Below are positions 9,645 to 17,599 of a stretch of DNA of 41,691 nucleotides, one piece after another. How positions within the stretch are numbered: position 1 is the first letter of the stretch; every line of letters begins with the position of its first letter. The DNA comes from Patescibacteria group bacterium (GTDB lineage: Bacteria > Patescibacteriota > Microgenomatia > UBA8517). Position numbers and translations under genes: made by a program. Where the stretch lies: assembly GCA_035291405.1 (NCBI GenBank), contig DATDSD010000065.1:1-41691 (forward strand). The letters run 5' to 3'. Under the pieces are notes generated by a model. That model was not told where the DNA came from. It did no database searches and was given only the letters and a program-made list of their open reading frames with translations.

Positions 9645-10444
9645 GAGGAAAGTTTCCTTATTACAATTTTTCCCCAATTATTCGGATGAAACAAGGCACG
9701 TGTCGGAGTTACTATCTCTCTAGTTATTCTTCTGCTCATGTGTAAATACTGAATTTTAAAAGCAATTTTTTCTAAAAATGATAAGGCCGATAGCCTATTA
9801 TCGGGAAATGAACTTACGTTTGAAATTTTTACTGCATTTGGCCAATAATTAAGAATCCACTTATTTTTCCAGAGTAACTTTTCATATGTCTTATTTTTAT
9901 TCACAATCGGCGTAATTTGAGCCATCTCATGAGCAGTGTAAACATTTCTATCTATCTCTCTCCAAATAAGATCGTTCTCATCCATCCAAATATTTAAACA
10001 AAGTCTATTTTTTTCATTTTTATTTCTAGGAATTCTTAATTTGAATCCTGAAATCAGTAACAGCCCATAAACCAAAAGTCGTGATGTCCAAAGTGAATTA
10101 CTCGTTGTGACAATCATTAAATCAATATCAGAGTTTTTAGACGCATTTTTCATAGCTAAAGCTCCTGTTATTCCTACAAACCTAATCATGGGAATTTTTG
10201 AAATTAATTTTGCGGCCTTTTTTGCAATTTTTAGTTTATTATTGGAATTCTTCTCGTTTTCTATGCGTCTTCGAATAATTTTTTCTTTTCCATCTAATAA
10301 ATAGAAATTATTTTTATATATTACTCCTGTGTTCCCTTTAATATTTTCCCCACATTTCCACTTATACAATTCATCTTTCATTAATGGATAATCAAAAATG
10401 TTGTGGTAGATTACTGAGGCTTTTTCACTGAATTTTAATTCCAT
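9641..10444 (-). CDS. Nucleotidyltransferase-fold (Pol-beta superfamily) protein
   Basis: 267 aa. GITGALAMKNASKNSDIDLMIVT fits the G[ST]-x(n)-D-x-D NTase signature. The remainder is unassigned. Confidence 0.5.
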   Translation of the reverse strand: MELKFSEKASVIYHNIFDYPLMKDELYKWKCGENIKGNTGVIYKNNFYLLDGKEKIIRRRIENEKNSNNKLKIAKKAAKLISKIPMIRFVGITGALAMKNASKNSDIDLMIVTTSNSLWTSRLLVYGLLLISGFKLRIPRNKNEKNRLCLNIWMDENDLIWREIDRNVYTAHEMAQITPIVNKNKTYEKLLWKNKWILNYWPNAVKISNVSSFPDNRLSALSFLEKIAFKIQYLHMSRRITREIVTPTRALFHPNNWGKIVIRKLSS

Positions 10445-11765
10445 ACTGTGATAATACCTGAATTACTCCACTAGAAACAGGTTCCAAGGCTTTAGATGGT
10501 TCTTTTCCAGAATTTACTATATTGATTGCATCTTCAAAATATTTATTTATTTGACTATTGATTCCTGTTGGACCGTCCCATGTTTTGCTTTGCAAAAACC
10601 ATGTCTGTGCCGTTTTTGCTCCCGTAACAGTTGATCCAATTATTGGATGATCTGTTAAAAGAGACTCCATGTCTACCCTAGGATACGGTTCTCCAAACAT
10701 TCTTACCTTTGAAGCGTTCTGATAAAAGGATTGCAAACTTTCTTTTTGAGAAATATATTTTAAAAATTCCCACGCATCAGTTTTCTTCTTTGATTTGGAC
10801 CAAACTCCTTCAACCCAGTAAGAAGCGTAATTTACATCCGCTTCATTTGCAGAAGTTTTGGGTAATTGTGGAATAGGAACTGTTTTAAATCTCAAATTCG
10901 GATTCTGAAAACGAATTTCAAAAGCTCGCCACGATGGACCAAGGTACATTGCAGTTTTTCCAGCAGCAAAGGCAACCGTTGAGGAAGGAAGGGTTGCGTC
11001 CCACACGCCGTCTACTGACGAAAATATTGTATAAAATTCTAAAGCATCTTCTGCTAATTTACCTGTCGGGTGAGTTAAATCAACACCATTTTGAAGCATC
11101 ATCAACCCCAAAATTTCTGGCCAGTGATCAACATTTTCCGTACGTCCTAACGACACACCTGATTGAACAATATTTAAGTTTTCATCTTTAACAGTTAATT
11201 CTCGAGCCACTTGTCTTAATTCGTTCCACGTGGTTGGTACACTTTTACCACTCTTTTCAAATATTTCTTCATTTATGTAAAGAGATAATCCATCATATTC
11301 CAAGGGAATACCAACAATTCCAGTTCCATATGTTAAATCTGAAACAGCCACTGGATAAAAAATAGTTGAAAATTCACCTGCTGAGTACACACTTGCAGGT
11401 ACTTTGTCTAATTCACTCTTAAACATAGGTACCCATGTATTATGAATTCTAAAAATGTCAGGTCCTGTTCCTTTTGCTAGAGCATTTGTTAGTCTTTCTC
11501 TATAATCTTCTTTAGATTGTTTGATATATTTAACTTTAATTTTAGGATTTTTCGCCTCGTAATCCGAAATTAAGGATCTTACTGTGGCGTCATCTTCCCA
11601 AAGTCCCCACCATACAATTTCTCCCCCAGTAGACGTTGGTTTTGAAGATATTAATTTTTTGACTACAAAAAAAGCAACTGCAAGAAAAACCAAAACACCT
11701 AGTCCTATCAAGATAAATTTAATTGAAGATGACTTTTTAACTACTGGTGGCTGGCTTGTTTCCAT
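10425..11765 (-). CDS. ABC-transporter extracellular solute-binding protein (family 1, sugar-type), membrane-anchored
   Basis: 446 aa. An N-terminal TM anchor (IKFILIGLGVLVFLAVAFFVV) is followed by SBP-like blocks (IVWWGLWE, GTGPDIFRIHNTW, YDGLSLYINEEIFEKSG, TTWNELRQVAREL). Confidence 0.75.
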   Translation of the reverse strand: METSQPPVVKKSSSIKFILIGLGVLVFLAVAFFVVKKLISSKPTSTGGEIVWWGLWEDDATVRSLISDYEAKNPKIKVKYIKQSKEDYRERLTNALAKGTGPDIFRIHNTWVPMFKSELDKVPASVYSAGEFSTIFYPVAVSDLTYGTGIVGIPLEYDGLSLYINEEIFEKSGKSVPTTWNELRQVARELTVKDENLNIVQSGVSLGRTENVDHWPEILGLMMLQNGVDLTHPTGKLAEDALEFYTIFSSVDGVWDATLPSSTVAFAAGKTAMYLGPSWRAFEIRFQNPNLRFKTVPIPQLPKTSANEADVNYASYWVEGVWSKSKKKTDAWEFLKYISQKESLQSFYQNASKVRMFGEPYPRVDMESLLTDHPIIGSTVTGAKTAQTWFLQSKTWDGPTGINSQINKYFEDAINIVNSGKEPSKALEPVSSGVIQVLSQYGIKIQ

Positions 11766-11771
11766 ATATAA

Positions 11772-13520
11772 ATGGTATCATATCTCATGACAAAAAATCA
11801 CGCCTATAAATTTAAATTAAATTGGGTTTGGATTTTCTCGTTTGTAATCATATTTTTTGTTGGAATCATTTCGATTCCCTTTATTAACAAAATATATCCT
11901 AACATCTATCTTGCTGAAATTTATATTGGCGATAAAACTAAAGATACAGCAATTAATGAAATTAAATCGAAAGATGTTCCATCAAAAATCACTCTAAATT
12001 TAAACGAAAATAAATATGAAATATTAACTTCAGAGGTTTTTTACTCAGTCGATTATCAAAAAAGTGTTGATAGAGCTTACAATTTTACAAACTCAGGAAA
12101 CGTTTTTGAGGATTTAGCTACTAAGATTAAACTTATCTTTAAACCACAAAATTTTAGTTTGGTTATAAACATTGATGAGGATAAATTGCTTGAATCTGTT
12201 TTAATTACTTCATCAAAGTTGGGTACAAAACCCGTAGAACCTAGCGCAGAAATTAAAGATGGGCAATTAATTATTGATGCAGGTAATGATGGTGTTGAGG
12301 TTGACACAGATAAACTAACACAGGATATTAAAAATGGATTATCAAATCTTAACAGTGATGAGATTCTAATTAAATTAAAAGAAATTAATAGTTCTCTTTC
12401 TCCTTCTGAGGTTGAAGATTACAGATTATTTCTTTCCAAATTTTTAGGAAAAAGTTTAACTTTAACATTTGAATTTGAAAACTTTACTATTAATGATTCT
12501 GGTCTAATTCAATTTATTGACTCTAAGGGAAATTACCAAGATAAAAAAATAAAAGAGCAGATTCTTTTATTTTCCAAAAAAATAAATAGATATCCTCAAG
12601 ATTCTGTTTTTATTGTAGAAAACGGAACGGTGACAGAATTTACTCCATCAAGAGATGGTATTACAGTAGATGAAGACACTTTAGTAGAAAACATTAAAGA
12701 ACAACTCGAAATATTAAAGGTAAGCGATGACAAAAACAAAACAATTGAGGTTCCTGTTGTTAAACAACCAGCAAAAATTAGAAACGAAGATGTTAATAAT
12801 TTAGGAATAAAAACTTTAATTGGTAAAGGTTATTCAACCTTTAAGGGGTCCATCTCTAATAGAATTTATAACATAAACCTTGCCCAGTCTAAATTTAAAG
12901 GCCTTTTGATTCCTCCAGGAGAAACAATTTCATTTAATAATGTTTTGGGTGATGTCTCAGCTTTTACTGGATACAAACAGGCCTATGTTATTATGGATGG
13001 AAAAACAGTATTAGGCGATGGCGGTGGTGTTTGTCAAGTGTCTACAACTCTTTTTAGGGCCTTACTTTCAGCCGGTCTACCTATCGTAGAGAGAAGGGCT
13101 CATGCCTATAGGGTTGGATATTATGAACAAGGGTTTCCTCCTGGTCTAGATGCAACAGTTTATTCACCAACAACAGATTTAAAATTTACAAATGATACTC
13201 CAGCACACATCTTGATCCAACCAAAAATTGATACTAACAATTTAAGTCTAGTTTTTGAAATATATGGTACAAATGATGGAAGAGTAGCTACCACCACAAA
13301 GCCTGTTATCACTTCTCAGACCGCTCCCCCAGCTGATTTATATGTTGATGATCCGACTATCCCGGCTGGAACAGTTAAACAAATTGAACACAAAGCTTGG
13401 GGGGCAAAAGTGATTTTTGACTATAACGTGGTAAGAAATGGCGAAACTTTAATAAACCAAAGATTTACTAGTAATTACAGATCTTGGGGAGCCGTCTTTT
13501 TAAGGGGTACTAAAATATAA
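11772..13520 (+). CDS. VanW/YoaR-family protein, membrane-anchored
   Basis: 582 aa. VanW core block GGGVCQVSTTLFRALLSAGLPIVERRAHAYRVGYY. It has an N-terminal TM anchor. The true start may be the ATG at 11787. Confidence 0.85.
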   Translation: MVSYLMTKNHAYKFKLNWVWIFSFVIIFFVGIISIPFINKIYPNIYLAEIYIGDKTKDTAINEIKSKDVPSKITLNLNENKYEILTSEVFYSVDYQKSVDRAYNFTNSGNVFEDLATKIKLIFKPQNFSLVINIDEDKLLESVLITSSKLGTKPVEPSAEIKDGQLIIDAGNDGVEVDTDKLTQDIKNGLSNLNSDEILIKLKEINSSLSPSEVEDYRLFLSKFLGKSLTLTFEFENFTINDSGLIQFIDSKGNYQDKKIKEQILLFSKKINRYPQDSVFIVENGTVTEFTPSRDGITVDEDTLVENIKEQLEILKVSDDKNKTIEVPVVKQPAKIRNEDVNNLGIKTLIGKGYSTFKGSISNRIYNINLAQSKFKGLLIPPGETISFNNVLGDVSAFTGYKQAYVIMDGKTVLGDGGGVCQVSTTLFRALLSAGLPIVERRAHAYRVGYYEQGFPPGLDATVYSPTTDLKFTNDTPAHILIQPKIDTNNLSLVFEIYGTNDGRVATTTKPVITSQTAPPADLYVDDPTIPAGTVKQIEHKAWGAKVIFDYNVVRNGETLINQRFTSNYRSWGAVFLRGTKI

Positions 13521-13526
13521 TAGGTA

Positions 13527-14162
13527 ATGGATATAAATTTATTACTAAATACAATTACTATCCTTTTTGAAAAATTTGGATTTTTATTTATCTTTCTAGG
13601 TAGTTTAATTGAAATAACTCCATTGGGTTGGGCAGTGCCTGGTGGTGTAATACTTCTTATTGCTGGTTACCTTTCAAATGGAAATTCCAATTTACCCTTC
13701 ATACCTATAATTCTCTATGGATCTTTGGGGGCCTGGATGGCTTTTGTCTTTGCCTACTTTCTTGGAAACAGATCGGGTATGTGGCTTGTAAAAAAATTAC
13801 ATCAGGAAAAAAATGCAGAGTTTGCCAAAAGAATGTTAAAAAGTAATGGACCAGCAATTTTGACAACATCAATGCTTGCTAATTTAACTAGATTTTGGAT
13901 TTCATATATTGCAGGAGTGGAAAAATACAATTTTTTAAAATTTAATATATATGCCTATGTCGCTTCAGTTACTTGGGTTTCTTTAATGACTATATTAGGA
14001 TTTTTAGCAGGATATGAAAAAGAAAACTTAAAAAGAATAATTGGAGGTGTTGGAATCTTAGCTTGGATATTTCTTGGTATTGCTATTTTTGTAATTATTA
14101 AGTCTATTAGACACGAATATCACCATTTCAAAAAAGATGTGCCGCACGACGAAAAAACGTAA
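13527..14162 (+). CDS. DedA/SNARE-associated family membrane protein
   Basis: 211 aa. DedA-like N-terminal region FLGSLIEITPLGWAVPGGVILLIAGYL and 4-5 TM segments. Confidence 0.75.
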   Translation: MDINLLLNTITILFEKFGFLFIFLGSLIEITPLGWAVPGGVILLIAGYLSNGNSNLPFIPIILYGSLGAWMAFVFAYFLGNRSGMWLVKKLHQEKNAEFAKRMLKSNGPAILTTSMLANLTRFWISYIAGVEKYNFLKFNIYAYVASVTWVSLMTILGFLAGYEKENLKRIIGGVGILAWIFLGIAIFVIIKSIRHEYHHFKKDVPHDEKT

Positions 14163-14170
14163 TCGGAGCT

Positions 14171-14886
14171 TTATAAAACAACACTATCTCCATCTTTCAA
14201 TCTGTCTTTAATTTTTTTAACAACTACTTTATTTATAAACGAGATGTTTTTATATAACATTTGTAAATCTAAAGTTGCCCCCAATCTGACGTCATAAGCA
14301 TGCTTTATTAAAAGTTTATATTCTTCATCTAAAGGTATATTTAACGATTTTTTCATAATTTGATCGTATTCTATAGCAAATTCTTTGTTTTCAAGTAGAA
14401 CCAATATACGAGCACCGTATAGTGTAGATTTAGAAAAACCGGCTCGTGCATTTACCAAATCGTTTTCTCTCTCAGATAAAACTGCTGTATAAGCCCTAGA
14501 TAGCTGGAAAGTAGCTTCTTCTAAAAGATCGATTAAAGTAATATTGGGAAGTTTCAAATTTTCAACAATTTTTTTTCCATATAGAGTTTTACCTTTGGCG
14601 ATTAGTCCCCACATATATACCGCCTTTGGAAATGGAGTATCAAGATCATTAGTTAAAAACTCATCATAGTTAAATGGGTACAAATGAAGATCATTTATTG
14701 GATTTATTTGTTTTAACTCTGAGCGACTAATTTTTTTGTTTGGCATATACAGAATACCAACTTCATAATCACTATTCTTAACCCAATCTGTTCTTGCTTT
14801 TGAACCGTACAGAAATATTGATTCAGGTTTAACACGTCATTTATTTTTTTCAAAAGTATTTGAATATCAGCCGGTATCTTTACCAT
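14171..14886 (-). pseudogene. Nucleotidyltransferase-domain gene interrupted by a frameshift (or an assembly error)
   Basis: The called ORF (14171..14746) begins at MPNKK. Its frame is open upstream for 30 more codons reading RVKPESIFLYGSKARTDWVKNSDYEVGILY, the NTase GS..D.[DE] motif, with no in-frame ATG, GTG or TTG. A second frame starts at the ATG at 14886 and reads MVKIPADIQILLKKINDVL. The two frames join naturally if one A is added in the TTAAAC run at about 14827-14832. Confidence 0.6.
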
Positions 14887-14941
14887 ATTTTATAGTTTAA
14901 CAGATTATGAAGATGGTTAAACTTATTGTAAAATACCGAAT

Positions 14942-15991
14942 ATGAAAATCATTATGGAAAATAGTAAAGCTATTAGTATAGCTGTTGATTACCTGTCATG
15001 GGGAAAGCTTATTTTTATGGCTACTGAAACTGTTTATATTGCAGCTGTTGATGCCACAAACCCCAAGGCCGTTTTAAAGCTAATTTCATTTAAAAATAGG
15101 CCCTTTGGAAAGCCTTTTTCTGTGGGAGTAACTAATATAAAAATGGCCGAAAAGTATGTCCTTCTAAACAAACAGGCAAAAAACTTATATGAAAGATTTT
15201 TACCAGGTCCAATTACAGTAGTCTCTAATGGGAAACATACTGTAGCCGCTGGTGTAGAAGCTGAGAATGGAACACTTGGGATTAGAATTCCTAATTATCC
15301 ATTTTTTTTACAAGTAGCTAATAAATTTAATAAACCAATAACAACAACATCTGCAAACGCAAATTATCAAAGAAGACCTTATAAATTATCCGACATACTT
15401 GATAATATTTCAGACAAACAAAAAAAATTAATAGATCTAATGATAGATGCAGGTGAACTTCCATATAATGAACCTTCTACTGTAATAGATACAACCATAG
15501 ACGAAGAACCCATTATCTTAAGACAAGGTGATATTAAACTTAAAAATAAAAATGAGATATTCTCAAGAAGCGAAGAAAATACAATGAATATTGCTAAAGA
15601 ACTTTGGCAAAAATATGAAGATTTCAAAGATAAACGTGCAATTGTTTATGCTTTAGAAGGAGAAATGGGAGTAGGTAAAACAATATTTGTAAAAGGATTA
15701 GCAAAAGCAATGGGAATTACTGACAAAGTTACTTCCCCATCTTATGATTTATTAAATAGCTATGGCAAATTAAACCATATAGATACATGGAGAATGCTAA
15801 ACCCCAACCAAGAATTAAAAGAGATTGTAACTAAGGAATTAATAAATGATAAAAGCATAATAGCTATTGAGTGGGCTGATAAGGCAAGAGACGAGATTAG
15901 AAAACATGCAGAGGATGCAATTATTGTTTGGGTAAAGATTAAATATGGAAAAAGAGAGAATGAAAGATTTATTAGTTGGGGAAATTTGTAA
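14942..15991 (+). CDS. Fusion protein: L-threonylcarbamoyladenylate synthase (TsaC/YrdC domain) plus t6A ATPase TsaE (YjeE domain)
   Basis: The N-terminal ~200 aa are YrdC-like (ATETVYIAAVDATNPKAV, GPITVV, LGIRIPN, TTTSANANYQ, STVIDTT, ILRQGDI). The C-terminal ~140 aa are TsaE-like (LEGEMGVGKTIFVKGLAKAMGI, VTSPSYDLLNSY, HIDTWRM, IAIEWADK). The P-loop is encoded at 15659..15682. Confidence 0.8.
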   Translation: MKIIMENSKAISIAVDYLSWGKLIFMATETVYIAAVDATNPKAVLKLISFKNRPFGKPFSVGVTNIKMAEKYVLLNKQAKNLYERFLPGPITVVSNGKHTVAAGVEAENGTLGIRIPNYPFFLQVANKFNKPITTTSANANYQRRPYKLSDILDNISDKQKKLIDLMIDAGELPYNEPSTVIDTTIDEEPIILRQGDIKLKNKNEIFSRSEENTMNIAKELWQKYEDFKDKRAIVYALEGEMGVGKTIFVKGLAKAMGITDKVTSPSYDLLNSYGKLNHIDTWRMLNPNQELKEIVTKELINDKSIIAIEWADKARDEIRKHAEDAIIVWVKIKYGKRENERFISWGNL

Positions 15992-16006
15992 CATCAAATC
16001 AAAAAA

Positions 16007-17029
16007 ATGAATATTTTAGCTATAGACACCTCTTGTGATGAGACTGCTGTTGCAGTTACTCGGAACACGAAAGCATGTTCAAATGTTGTTTGGTCGCAGG
16101 CCTCACTGCACGCTAAGTTCGGTGGTGTCATGCCAAGCCTAGCTCAAAGGCAACACGAGGAACGAATTGATTACGTTTTAAATAAAGCACTGGGAAAGAA
16201 ATATCAAAACTTAAAAAATATTGATGCTATTGCAGTAACAATTGGTCCGGGCCTTTCAATTGCCCTGGGAGTAGGTATAAACAAAGCTAAAGAGCTTGCA
16301 ATTAAATACAAATTGCCTCTTATACCTATTAACCACGTTGAAGCTCATTTATTATCCCCCTTTGTAAACTCAGATACTAATATTCAATTCCCAGCACTTG
16401 GACTTGTATTATCAGGTGGAACAACAATGCTTTGTTTAATTAAGAATATTGGGAATTATGAAATACTGGCCGAAACTGGAGATGATGCCTTAGGAGAAGC
16501 TCTTGATAAAGCAGCTAGATTTTTAGGATTAGGCTATCCAGGTGGTGCTATTTTGGAAAAATTGGCCAAAGCCGGGAATCCAAAAAAATACAAACTACCC
16601 ATACCACTTATTAATGACATTAATAAAAACAGGTTTAGTTACTCGGGACTGAAAACTGCTTTTGTTAGATTCTTTAACACAATTAAAAAACCCACAAAAC
16701 AGGATATTTCAGATTTAGCCTCAACCTTTCAGGAGGTTGCATTCAAACATGTTGAAAATGTATTAGAATATCAAATTAATCATTCCTCTTTAACCTTCAA
16801 ACATCTTTTACTAGGAGGAGGTGTAGCTAACAATATTGTACTTAAGAGTAAGCTTCGCAAATTACTAAAAAACTATAATATTTCTCTTTGTGTACCGAAC
16901 AATAAAAAATTAAATGGGGACAATGCAGGCATGATTGGTGTTTGTGCATATCTTAAATATAATTCCTCAAATCTAGAACAATTTGTTAATTACGATTCTA
17001 TTGACCGTAATCCAAAATTTAGGATTTGA
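16007..17029 (+). CDS. tsaD: tRNA N6-adenosine threonylcarbamoyltransferase TsaD (Kae1/Gcp family)
   Basis: 340 aa. Motifs MNILAIDTSCDETAVAV, INHVEAHLLSP, GDDALGEALDKAARFLGLGYPGG and GGGVANN. Confidence 0.92.
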   Translation: MNILAIDTSCDETAVAVTRNTKACSNVVWSQASLHAKFGGVMPSLAQRQHEERIDYVLNKALGKKYQNLKNIDAIAVTIGPGLSIALGVGINKAKELAIKYKLPLIPINHVEAHLLSPFVNSDTNIQFPALGLVLSGGTTMLCLIKNIGNYEILAETGDDALGEALDKAARFLGLGYPGGAILEKLAKAGNPKKYKLPIPLINDINKNRFSYSGLKTAFVRFFNTIKKPTKQDISDLASTFQEVAFKHVENVLEYQINHSSLTFKHLLLGGGVANNIVLKSKLRKLLKNYNISLCVPNNKKLNGDNAGMIGVCAYLKYNSSNLEQFVNYDSIDRNPKFRI

Positions 17030-17599
17030 CAAGTTGTTTCGTGGTCACTGTATTTCTTTAAAAAACATATTTCTAAACGGTAAAAAGAAGGGAGTATTTC
17101 ATCTTCACATTCTTACCAACAGATAAATACAAAAAGACATCCGCTGCACTTTTTTTAAATTATATTAAATTGACAATGTTTGATTTTAAAACTTATTCCT
17201 TTTTCGAATCTTTTCACTTAAATATATAATTTCTGTTATTGCCATTTCATTCGGAAGTTAATATTACTCTAACTACTTAGCTACTAATAACGAAGGCGTG
17301 TTAATAGAAATCTAAAACTTAAATATCACTTTCTCTCTAAATCTTTGGAAAAATTACAATCATTGCCCAGAAGACATTCAATACACACTTCTTTGGAGGG
17401 AGTTTCTTCACAAGTAGTAATTGCATAATTTCCTCCTACACTTTCTGTCCACAAGACTCTTTTATTTTCCCTCAAGTTTTCTTCTGCACTACTATCTTTG
17501 AAAACAAAATGCCTTTCTTTTTTTGGTACTCCTAAACGCATAGATCGTATATTACTCTCGCCCTCTGCAAAATACAAGTTTGGTGATACAATTGTAGGC

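Noticed and set aside
13628-13846. 72-aa plus-strand ORF inside the DedA gene
   Set aside because: It is an alternative frame of a recognisable membrane-protein gene, with a Cys/Trp-rich implausible product.
17030-17599. Possible T-box riboswitch leader for valS
   Set aside because: There is no conserved T-box sequence (AAnnnGGGTGGTACCGCG-like), no obvious specifier-loop or antiterminator/terminator alternative, and no U-tract after a GC-rich hairpin. Only a short TGGTAC match is present.
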